Assembly: GCA_964016885.1 (NCBI GenBank)
Contig: OZ024740.1
Coordinates: 271,002,001-271,066,000, forward strand
Direction of reading: 5' to 3'
DNA: 64,000 bases
Origin: Eledone cirrhosa
Taxonomy: Eukaryota
The stretch's first letter is position 1. Every line of letters begins with the position of its first letter. The position numbers and the translations under genes were made by a program. Below, piece after piece: positions 12,401-24,558 of the stretch. Under the pieces are notes generated by a model. That model made no database searches, was not told the origin of the DNA, and saw only the letters and a list, made by a program, of their open reading frames with translations.

Positions 12401-13299
12401 AAGCCACATTGTTGCCAGCTGCGAAAGAATGTCATCTCGCTACTACCTCCCCATGAGACACGATGGGATAGCTAGAACAATCTGGAACGCACTTCGGAAA
12501 ACAAAATTAACAATAAACGAGGAAGAATATATTGAGACAGATGGCACTAAGGAATACTGGTGGAACCTGAAAATAAAAACTGCCACCAAATTAAAGCACA
12601 ACCGGCCTGATATTGTTGTTTGGGACCACACATTGAAAACGTGTTCTGTTGTGGAGATCAGCTGCCCACTTGATGTCAACGTTGTCAGAAAAATACAGGA
12701 GAAGGAGGACATCTACGGACCATTGATGAGGAGTTTACAAATCCAGTATCCAAGATACACCTTTAGCTTCATACCCATCATTATTGGAGCTACGGGTTAT
12801 ATACCAACCCGCTTGGACCAAAGTATGACTGAACTTGGATTTGCGGACAAAAAGCGCAGCTCCCTAATTCATAGTGGATTGGCAGTATCGGTAGAGGGTC
12901 GGACGCCATGCTTTCCAGCATAGTTACGTCCCTTTACGATCTGAGTTCAAATCCCGCCGAGGTTGACTTTGCCTTTCATCCTTACGGGGTCGATAAAATA
13001 AAGTACCAGTAATGCACTGGGTAATTGCTGGCCTTGTGCCTAAAGTAGAAACAATTATTGGAGCTACGGGTTATATACCAAGCCGCTTGGACCAGAGTAT
13101 GACTGAACTTGGATTTGCGGACAAAAAGCGCAGCTCCCTAATTCATAGTCTACAAATGGCTGCGATAGCTGGCACCTTCAAAATTTGCAAAACATTCTTG
13201 CGATTCAAGGGATGACAATTTCTTTTCTTTTACAACCTTGCCACCAGGAAGGTGGCCGGTCAAAAAAATATACTCGAAATTAAGAGAAAGAGATAACAT
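9500..13299 (+). mobile_element. R4/Dong-like RLE LINE copy 1 (5' end present; frameshifts, stops, internal deletion, SINE insertion)
   Basis: RT motifs KSPGPD, WLDYQKAFDSVPH, FFVDDLKLY; zinc knuckle CRLC..HIVASC; RLE NRPDIVVWD..VVEISCP; flanked by (ATAC)n. Confidence 0.92.
12874..13059 (+). mobile_element. tRNA-derived SINE inserted in the R4-like LINE, flanked by a 96-bp direct repeat
   Basis: 12780-12875 is repeated at 13054-13149. Confidence 0.9.
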
Positions 13300-13324
13300 A
13301 CATACACATGCATATACGTAATAT

Positions 13325-13874
13325 GGAAGAGGAAGACATCCATGTACATAATATGAAAGAGTACTTGTGGAATGTTCCAGTCAAAACCCCAATAAAATGC
13401 AAGCATAACAGACCAGATATAATGATTTAGGACAGGGAAAAGAAGGCAAGCACAGTAGTGGAATTAGCTGTCCAGCAGGTGCTAATATAATATCAAAGAT
13501 TCATGCCTGTGATTATTGGGGCACTGGGGGTATGTTAGTAACTGCCTCAATACAAATCTTGAGAAGCTAAGCTTCACAGAAACAGAAAGAACACAACTAG
13601 TTAGGAAACTACAAGTACAATCCATTAATGGAACAGTAAAAATATGTAAAACATTCCAAACATGTTGCATCTAATAACTGCATATAAACTTGTACAGATA
13701 CAAAGCATATACACATGCACACATACAACTCAAAACATACACATGTACACATATAACTCAAAACATAATAACATCCATACCTGCACACACATGCACGCAT
13801 GCAGGCATGCAGACATATCTACTTAGTTGATGTTGTATACATTCCAATGAGAGAGTCTTGTGTCTATGTTAGAA

Positions 13875-13909
<35 letters not shown>

Positions 13910-13945
13910 TGGCAAACATTTGTGAAATTATAAAACCAGAACATA
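13325..13945 (+). mobile_element. older R4-like LINE 3' fragment plus 3' UTR
   Basis: Translates KEYLWNVPVKTPIKCKHNRPDIMI...GTVKICKTF; UTR module shared with 28355-28467. Confidence 0.75.
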
Positions 13946-14029
13946 CACGCACACTTCCCTATCCAATCCTCGATATGATGCTTCTGTCGTTGACGGGACT
14001 TGTGAATGTTTGATTGAAGAGGCTGGATG

Positions 14030-14330
14030 TAAGTCTCGCGTTTCTTTGTAGTACCTACAAATGCTGAACACTCCTTCAAGGGGAACCGTTGGTAGCCAAT
14101 ATTCCTCTACTAGCAGATTCATGTCATTCCTCTTCAAAGTGGTTTTTAGCTTGACTTTGAATCATGGTTATACTTTGCTGTAGAAGATCCTACAGAGAAA
14201 AGTTCCGTACTATATTGCAGCTGAAGCTAGTATATAGCAGCTGAAGCTAGTATACTGTGGGTTCAATGCAGCTGGGTTTGATTCAACAAGTATTTCTGTG
14301 TGTATACCCTATTTCACCAGGAAACTAAGT
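14030..14330 (-). mobile_element. degraded RTE-like 3' remnant
   Basis: Weak similarity to the RTE RFKDxLKxTLK...W..LA region. Confidence 0.3.
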
Positions 14331-14649
14331 ATGTCTTCTAAAGATAGTGGATATTAAAGATCACACAAGATCCACAAAAAATCACTTTATATATAACCAC
14401 ACCTTCTGAATGTACATGCTCACATGCACCACACGCACACACACACACACCTACATGCACATACATAAATATCATGATAAATAGCATGGCGCATTGCACA
14501 GTCAATGTAGTTAAGTAACTGTCCCTTAACGTGTCACTATGTGTAACAAACTATCATGTGTAACAGCTTATTTATAATACTACCCGTATTTATAGTGAAC
14601 ACTTTGACAGCTCCGTCAATGAAATGCCAATGCTGCTACATACTCGGAT

Positions 14650-16160
14650 CTGTAGAAAAGAGAGAAAAATGAATGTTATCCGAGCCTTTTTGCTGTTGAT
14701 CTTAAACTGTATTCACGAAATATTCACATACCTATGGCAAGTAAGAATGGATTCAGGCGGGATAAATGCTCATGTCATAATCAATCGAGGTGAGATGTGC
14801 ATCGTATACATCAAAATTAAGAAGATCCTAACCACCACTTGTAACTTCTACATCTTCGGTGACAATGACAGGATCTAAGTTAAGCAGGAGTGGAAGCAGA
14901 GGCATAAGATAAAGTCAGTCCAAACCGCTTTTGAGCGTCGCATGTTAACATTGAGACAACACATGCTGAAGTGTAAAGGGAGAAACGAGAGCAACACGTG
15001 CTCAATTAGCAGTGAAAACATCTTGAAAGTATTTAAACAAAACATGAACAAGTTTCCTGAATGTATAGTTTTTCCATTGGCTGAACAAATCCGCCTTACT
15101 TAAATAGAGGCTTAGAAGAGAAGTATATATATCAGCAGAAAAGTAATACATAGAACCATATCCCGCAAACTAGAGGATACCAACAGCATTGACAGAAAAT
15201 AAATGTAGTCTCTCCTAGGGCTGTGATCACACCGTACCTAGAAGAATAGGCATTCGCTATTCAGGAACAAGATATAGTTAGCTAATCAAAAAGAGACATA
15301 AGTATTCATTTAAACTTCCAGGTTATGAGAGAAAGTTGACAGAAAGTGTCATACTAGTGTGGAAGATGTCATCTACACCATTAGCAGCTGCCTCCACAAA
15401 TGTAAGCAGAGTACTTCCATCCCATGACACACGATGTACGAAGATCGACTGAAATTTTCATAGGCTGCACAGTTCATAATCTGAAAGGTTCATAGGCTGA
15501 AAAGTTCATAAGCGCTGAACAAGATATTCACAAGGAATGGCCAAATGAGATTTATTCTTCAACATAGAGCCTGGAAAGAAACAATGAAATTATTAATAAG
15601 AAGAGTTGAAATTAATGAATGCAAAATTTCACAGAGCTAACATCACTCCTTCATAGTCAGTCTATGGACTTTTGAGCCGACACTCGTAATTACAAAATCT
15701 ATTTACAATGATATCCGCGGATAGGTTTATCTTCACGGCTAAATACACACCAGAATCGGAATATATTCAGACATTTAAGAATTAAATATATATACCAATA
15801 AAAACAGTTACTCGTTACAAACACAACAGACCTGATATTGTGCTACAGGTCAGAGAACAAAAACCATGCAATTTTGTAGATCTTTGTTGCTCAGTGGAGG
15901 TGAACACATCATTAAACTTTCAGGATAAAACATACAACAATAATTAACTCAAGTGAAACTCACAGCTTTTGTAACCCGGTTATAGATTCTCGTTGGTACT
16001 TATTAGCATAGGTTCACTCGGTTGTGTAATATATTTGCATGAAAGACTGTAAATGTTGGTGTTGTTTCCAAGAAAGCACAAATCAAACTCAATCGCAATC
16101 TCCAAACCCAATCGATTATTTGTTTAGTAAAGATTTGTGAAGCCTTCAAAACTTTTTTTC
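14650..16160 (+). mobile_element. highly degraded R4-like LINE
   Basis: Remnants of NFxIxGDxDR..GxRG (~14840-14905), KHNRPDIVL (~15818) and VKIC (~16126). Confidence 0.6.
15490..15688. mobile_element. mariner-type MITE, reverse orientation, nested in old LINE
   Basis: Reverse complement of the 24002-24202 body; ends GCCGACACTCGTA. Confidence 0.7.
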
Positions 16161-16769
16161 CAGTTGAGCGTCTTTGTCTGAGTGGGAACAGATACACGCA
16201 ATCACATGCGTGCATATGGCATACACATAAACATATATTCAATGTAATAGCGCATGCGCACGGACACACACACACACACACACGTGCGCGCACAGAGAGA
16301 GAGAGAGAGACGCATTTATACAGAAACACAAATAAACAAACACCGCATACAAACACTCGTGTATTAAAGGGACTTGTCCACTAGTATATGCGTGCAACAG
16401 CATACAACTATATATATGCACATACTTTTTCACTCGCTTATAAATCCCTCCAACTAGCTTTACTAAAACAAACAAAAATCTTCAGTTTTTAGTGGCTGGC
16501 TTGGATTCAGCCAAGAAGAACTTTCATAAATCTCAAAGAAAACTATCCACAGATACACCAAGTGAACAAGTGAGTCTCTACCTGGTTTGGAGCCTGTTAG
16601 AAATAGCAGCCAAATTTCACTGAGATCACTTCTTATCTCTTTAAAAAGGAAAAGACAATTTAAATAATGTAGTCACGTTTATACATAAAATACGACGGGA
16701 ATGCTTTTAATCATAGGTTTGATCGGTTAAACTTGACCTCAAACAAGCTTAACCGAAATAATAATAATA

Positions 16770-18525
16770 ATGATTCTACTATAGGCACAAGGCCAGCAAT
16801 TTGGAGAGGGGGGGAAAAGCTGATTAAATTGACCCCAGTGCGTGACTGGTACTTTATTTTATCGACCGCCGTAAGGATGAAAAGCACAGCTAACTTCGGA
16901 GCAGCAATAATAATTTCTTAATTAGCCACACAGAGCTCGCATTAAGGAAACCTTAAAAACAAACAGAAGGATACAGTCTGTGTGGGGGGGGGGGGGGATA
17001 AAATTTATAACAGAGACTAATGGTTTCTTATATAGGCACAAGGCCAGCAAGTTTGGCGGAGGGGAAAGTCGATTAAATCGACCCCCAGTGCGTGACTGTC
17101 TTCTACAATGTTCCACCTTGCGGGAACTGATATATAAGATCATCTTTTGTCTATACAGTCGGTTGCACCCTCTCTAAATTACATCTATAACAGTTTCTGC
17201 TTTTGGCACAAGGCCAGCAATTACCCCAGTGCATTACTGGTACTTTATTTTATCGATCCCGTAAGGACGAAAGGCACAGAGCTAATCTCGGAACAGCAAT
17301 AATAATTTCTTAATTAGCCACACAGAGCTCACATTAAAGAAACATTAAAGACGGTACAGGACGATATAGTGTGTGTGGGGGAAGTGTAAAATAAAATGAA
17401 TAACAGAGAATAATAATACACATACAAGCACAAACATATAGGTTAAAGTGGTTGTGTAAACGAATAACAGTTCCTGAAGTATCCCTCAAGTACTGCCAGA
17501 TAAACTTCGTATGTTGATACATGTCTTTCCATGTTTATTTGTTTGATTACTTGTTTATGTTTGTTTTCAAGTGTTTATGACATACATCAGTACTGTTGCA
17601 CTTATAAAACCCACTGAAATGTCATCTACAATGTTCCACCTTGCGGCGTGGACTGATATATAAGATTATCTTTTGTCTATACAGCCGATTGCACACTCTC
17701 CAAATTACATCTATAACAGTTTCTACTTTTGGCACAAGGCCAGCAATTACCCAGTGCATTACTGAATGAAAGGCAAAGTTAATCTCCGTGGGATTTGAAC
17801 TCAGAATGGCAAAGGCCGTAACTCTATGTGTCAAAGCATGGCGTCCGATCCTCTACCGATAATGCCAATCCACAGCCTCTTACATCTATCACAGTAAACA
17901 GACGGTATTACCATACAAGGGTGGGGGATTGGCAGTATAGATGGAGGGTCGGACGCCACGCTTTGCAGCATAGAGTTACAGCTCTTTACGGTCTAAGTTC
18001 AAATCCCGCCGAGGTTAACTTTGCCTTTCATCCTTACAGGGTCGATAAAATAAAGTACCAGTAATGCACTGACATATTTGCTGGCCTTGTGCCAATAGTA
18101 GAAACAATTATCATAACAGGATCCTTTTGTCCACTATTTAGTGGACCAGAGCTGGGTGTTATGGAGCAAGTGGGAGCATACGAGGGTGAGCTGAAACGTT
18201 CATAGGCTGACTATGAAGGAATGATGCATTGTTTCTTTCCAATAAATTTCATTTGTTCATTCCATAAGACTATCTTGGTCAGCCTATGAACTTTTCAGCC
18301 GACCCTTACACGTATATTAAGATTTCTAGTATAGGCACAAGGCCAGTAATTTGGGGGATAGGAAAGTCGATTAAATCGACCCCAGTACGTTACTGGTACT
18401 TTATTTTATCGACCCCGTAAGGATAAAAAGCAAAGTTAACCTCGGCGGGATTTGGACTCAGACCGTATCTCTATGCTGCAAAGCATGGTGTCCGACTCTC
18501 TACCGATACTGCCAATCTACTACCC
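16770..18525. mobile_element. cluster of about six SINE copies or fragments with local segmental duplications
   Basis: Minus copies ~16770-16900, 17018-17098, 17190-17290, 17717-17880, 18318-18525; plus copy 17920-18110. Confidence 0.8.
18179..18309. mobile_element. internally deleted mariner-type MITE
   Basis: TA-CGAGGGTGAGCTGAAACGTTCATAGGCTGAC...GTCAGCCTATGAACTTTTCAGCCGACCCT. Confidence 0.8.
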
Positions 18526-18759
18526 TTCGTACGTATATAATACAAATTTAAAATATGTCCGTGTTTTTAAGTAGTAGTTCAATTAACAATCATTTGGATT
18601 CAGATTCGATCCAGGAGTGTTTTCTGTTGTTAATGTGTATTCTACCATATAGCCTTGAGTCAACGCGCGTCTTATAGAAAGACTTTAGTTGACGGAAATT
18701 ATGCGGAAAACTATACATGTTCTTGAGTGGTGGAACTAATTGTTCTTGTTCTATCTGTT

Positions 18760-19160
18760 GCAGAAATTGAGACTACATCTCTGGTCTAAGAAAAGATCAT
18801 GTTTTCCTTCTCCCTTTTCCCTCCCAAATCTTGGAGATCCTAGAAAGGTCATAGGCAGGCAATGCTATTCTTCTTCTGATTACTTTAAGACAGCAAAGTA
18901 AACAACGATATTTATATTTATCAGAAGTGTTAGAAGAATTGTATATGAACCGATGTGGATATTGTCGAATCCTACTCATTTGAAACTCTAACAACCGAAT
19001 TGAACTCTCGCATCTAATATTTCAGGTTCTTCGTCTGTCTGGTTAGTTTCTGTTACATCTGGAGTAGGTGTGGTCAGGTGGTCACCCAATTTCAACAGCT
19101 GGTACTCACCGCCATTCAATATTACAGTTGTTAGACGATTGACTCAAATTTCTAAGTTCC
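18760..19160 (-). mobile_element. degraded RTE-like RT fragment
   Basis: Minus-strand remnants DEEPEILD..V, GFDNI, LKVIRRRI, EGKG. Confidence 0.45.
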
Positions 19161-19989
19161 TTAAAAATTAAGTCCCTTCAAACTATAACTGTCACCAGAT
19201 CTTTAATAAATAATTTCATATTCCATACCAAACTTTTACAGTAATTTAGCAAATTAAAACACATCTAAAACAAATTCAGTGACAAACAACATGTCTATAT
19301 GTACTGTTCTTCTGATACCAACAACTGGCCTCTAGAATCTAACTGCATGCCTAAGGATATTGCGTACTAGTGTTCAGTTAGCTATAACACAACTCTAATG
19401 CTTATGGTGATATGACCTCAAACCTATTACAATCAAGATTATATCCGTACATAAATTTTCAGAACCACGATAGAAACAAACAAAATGCTTTGGTTTAATG
19501 TTTGGTCATTAAAGAAAAATTCAATACATTATCATCTTAAATGGAGTATACTTTCTAGAGTTAATGCATATTTGGATAATGATAATCCCTGGAACCGGAG
19601 CAACACTGAAGGCTGCCATATCTGTTTTTCTGAATGTACCATTACGCAACTGTCATTCAAGATGATTTCTAACTGTATTCACAATAAATTTAACTCGTAC
19701 GCGTTTTTCTAGTCGATTACCTTTCCATGCCGCTATCAATGGCCTATATTTTAATATGTGTGTATATATATGCTAGTGAGTTTAGGACTTTTTTGTTTAT
19801 AATATTCCATTCATGCAAAAGTTTCGCGTTCTTAATTCACACCCATAAGGAATGTTGTTGTTGTTTTTTCTCTTTCGCCATTCTTAATGCTTTAAACCCA
19901 TCAACACTTCCTCCGCATTTTTTTATCTGCAATGTTTGTACGTATGTGTGTGAGTGTGTATGTTTATATGTAAGTGTGTGTGTGGGGGG

Positions 19990-20170
<181 letters not shown>

Positions 20171-20444
20171 GTGCGTGTGTTAACGTTCTTTTGTTTTGAA
20201 TTGACTTTAAGCGATTTCATTCACATTGCATCTTTCCTTCATTCTAACTCAACATTCTGAATCCAATAATGAAACGCATGATCATGAAAGAAAAAAAAAT
20301 GTCACTCTACATTTGATTCTTATGGAACATTTTCTATTCAATAGCTACTTCTGTCTTCGCCAGCAAATTTTTATCGTATATTATATATATAGGTTTATAG
20401 GTTTATACACACACATACACGCACACATATATATATATAAAAAA

Positions 20445-20990
20445 GAGACCCAAGAATGAACAAAATCCTCCAAACACACAACATCATAAAGAGCAAAAGA
20501 CAACCTAAATCCATAAAAACATCCTCACACAAGCCAAAATCCAACAAACCCTCACAATGAACCCTACAGTAACAAAATGCGGAAGGCCCAACTGTGGCAT
20601 ATGCATAAATCTAATAGAAGGTTCAACATTCCATTTTAAACAAGGACAACATTTCACAATTAAACACAACTTTACATGTGCATCTGAAAACCTAATCTAT
20701 GTTTTGACCTGCTCAGGTTGTCAAGAGCACTACATAGGACAGACAAAAAACAGCCTCCGACAACGTATGACCGTCCATAAATCACAAATCAAAATACAGG
20801 AATACAGAAAGATTTCATTTAGTGAACATATCGCCAATTGTGCACCCAACCAACATCCAAACTTTAAAATGTGTTCCCATTTACAAATTCATAGACAACG
20901 CTACTTTCATCCATCGTACCAATAAGGAAACGTATTTCATTAACAAATTCCAACCTCTACTTAATGCATTAAACTTCGGACTAAACTAAA
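20445..20990 (+). mobile_element. Penelope-like element 3' fragment (GIY-YIG endonuclease, Neptune-like)
   Basis: KCGRPNCGIC...CASENLIYVLTCSGCQEHYIGQT..LRQRMTVH; frameshift near the end. Confidence 0.85.
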
Positions 20991-23669
20991 ACTGGAACGA
21001 ACAATCAAACATTTACAAATACCTATGTCTCTCTAAAGAGTGACCTCCCTACACCCTACCTAATCCTTTTTCTTAAATAAATTAAATATCATGCAGCATG
21101 AATTACCTCCCCCTGCATATTAACTCTCTAAAAAGGGAAATCATATCAAACCCCAGTCCACCATTTGCCTCCATCATGGATCAACTAAGCACTCTTGCTA
21201 TATTAACACATTTTGAACTGCTTATCTTCAAGAACTATGCCTGTAAATAACATTATTTTTTCTTTCACATTGACTTATTATGCTCCACATTACGGTCCTT
21301 TTTTTTCTTTTGTCTTTTTTCTTTTCACTTCATAAACCTTGTTTGTAAATAAAATTATTCTTTCTGCACCATTTCTTTAACATGTCCAACGCCACAATTC
21401 TACACCAATACCTATTATTATCATTTGATAATGCATACATATATATATATATATATATATAAGGAGAGAGAAGAGTGGTGAGACAGGGGAGAGAAAGAGA
21501 GAGAGAGAGGGGGGAGAGAAAGAGAGAGAGGGAGGTAAATATGAAACCATATACTGTATGTTTATATGCAATAAACATATAGCCTTATCAAAGAAATATT
21601 CTTTGTAGTTACGAAAATCTACAAAATCCACTCCACTGCTCAACTTCATTTTATCTGCTGCATGCCAAATACACAATATTGTTCTCTTCTCCGTTAAGCA
21701 GAATACAGCTTATGTGGAAGAATATGTCAGTGGATCGTATCCTGTTGATGTACCCACTATCTACTTGGTATGAATCAATATAAACAATAATTCAACAAAC
21801 AATAACAATAATATTAACAATTGGTCATCAATGCGACAAGCAAAATTACTTATATGAAATGTGATTGTGTAATGTGGGGTTTCACAGCCTTTTTTTTTTC
21901 GGTGTCATCGCCCACTTTTAAATGGAAACGCTTTTCACCGCCCATCTGTATAGTAAATACTCAAAAGCATACCATAATTGTTTGGTAAAAATGTGTTACT
22001 GTTTCGGTAATGCCATTTAACCTCCTGCTTATTTTTCATACAGGTTCTTTGTATATCGCCTTTGAATATTTTTCCGGTTAGCATATTCTCCACATCCTAT
22101 ATCGGCCACCAAAATTTCCAATCGCCCTCCATTTTCTGTTCAGTTGCTCGCCATCCACCCAACAGTTGGAATCGTACACCGGTGAGCGATATCGCCCAGG
22201 TAGGAAAACCCTAGTGTAACGTGGGCGAAGGAGAGTTTTATGTTGTATTGTACAAAAAAATTGTAATAAAATACAAATGAGTGAAAATATAAACGAAACA
22301 AGTGAAAAATAAATGTTGTACTCAATGTGAAATTCCCTATTCAGTAAACCCTCAAGTTCAGCCAACTTCCACCGTCAATGAGTTTCCATTTCTATAAATT
22401 TCCACATTCAATCAACTTACACGCGCAAGAAATTTCAAAGTTAAAATGAGCTGCAAAGTTCCAATTTCAATCAATTTTGACGTTCAACCATATTAGCGGT
22501 GGTGTAATTTGTTGTATTGCTGGGTGAGAAATCTCTTCAGAAATGAGATCGTGATCAGAAATCATGCCAAAACATTTGAGTGAATTGATAGATTTTGTTA
22601 TTAAGAAAACTTTGGTTAAACTAGGCATGCTCTGCGATTAGTCGATTTACAAATCAATTCAGCATATTTATCAAAATACATTTATTTAACGAGTAGATAA
22701 GAATACCAGACTGATATTCATATTTTTTAATCTTTAGGTCATGATTCAGCGCCATGAGTTGCATTCATTTTCTAATATTTTATTGCGTCATTGAGCAAAT
22801 CCCGTTAACTTCTTTGCTAATTGTAAAATCCGATAATTTGCGATTATTGATTTTGCTATTCAGCAGAAATTTAGTCTTGCATTCGCATATAAAGAGAGAA
22901 ATTGTAGAAAAAATTACAAGCTTGACGAATTGACGTATCATAGCCTGGGAATTTATTTCATACCAAATATTGGTTTGAAACATATGATGTATTGCCACCA
23001 TTATCATAAAATCTATGTAAGTAAATTTTGTTAATGTATTTTGCGAGAGATGTCATACAATCGACAGATTGTTTAACTCAGGTTTAAGGTTCGCATTGAC
23101 AAGTGAAAGAAAGGGGGAGTTTGAAATGCAACGTCCAACGACATGAATATGGATATCATATTGGATATCAATAGAAAACAATAAATTAACCGTTCTGTCT
23201 GGTATAACCATGGCCATATACGCATTTGTCAAAATTTTCTGAAAATAAAGATAAATTCCATATAATCGTGAGATTTCCTTTTGAAGATCAATACAAAATT
23301 TAATGAATTACCCGATTTTTCATTCAAATTAGCTGGGGTTTGAAGGTATTTCAGTTCTTCGAATTGATTTCTAATATGGGAGACAATGGATGAACTGATA
23401 GTTCAGATTTAAAGGTATATCGATAGTTTTTCTGCAAATTCATAAAAATGAAAGTTAGTCAATATCGTCATAGAAATTATATTCTTATCTTATACTAAAA
23501 TTCTATTAAAGGATATCGGAGGTGTCCGAAGGTTTAGTGTTGGTGTTTCTGTAATATATTCCGTGACCATAATTATCGATAACACAGTTCAACTTATAAG
23601 TAGCTAACATAGATTCCTATATAAATCGTGAAAGTATTAGATAATTGATGATAGTTTTACTAACTTACA

Positions 23670-23847
23670 ATGGGTCGGCTAAAACGTTAGTAGGCTAACT
23701 ATGAAGGAATGATTGCTAGAGCTGTGTAGTATTTCATGCGTTAATTTCAATTCTTCTTATTAATAACTGTATTGTTTCTATTCCGGGACTGTATTAAAAA
23801 ATAAACCTCATTTGGTCATTCCATGAGAGTATCTTGCGACCCTCATG
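23670..23847. mobile_element. degenerate mariner-type MITE
   Basis: Colinear with 24002-24202. Confidence 0.7.
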
Positions 23848-24001
23848 CATAAGAGTTTATTTGTGACTTGCATAATAATTTCGATTCGCATTTTTAAAAG
23901 CGTTTTTCTAAAAGAAAAAATAGAGAGATCTGGGAAATGGGGAATTTACACAGTGAATTAGAAACAACCTGTTAATATATATCAAGCAAAGCATTGAAAA
24001 G

Positions 24002-24321
<320 letters not shown>

Positions 24322-24558
24322 ATATATATATATATATACGAATGTGAGTCATTGATTCATTAATTATCCACTATACAGTAATTATTGTTTCCATATTGCT
24401 TCACTAAAAGTCATTATGCTGGTTTGAACTCGAAACGTTTTACATTTGTAAAGAAATATGCAAGTAACGTTTTCGATTCAGAAACAAAAACATAAGTGTT
24501 TGAACTGTGAATATGTTGTGGATATGTTGTAGAACACCTATTTATATGAATGATACAT

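Noticed and set aside
19026-19068. Candidate plus-strand exon (tttcag|GTTC...)
   Set aside because: The region is better explained as a minus-strand RTE remnant.
22500-23620. Possible decayed hAT-type transposase
   Set aside because: Only faint motif echoes; no frame or TIR could be supported.
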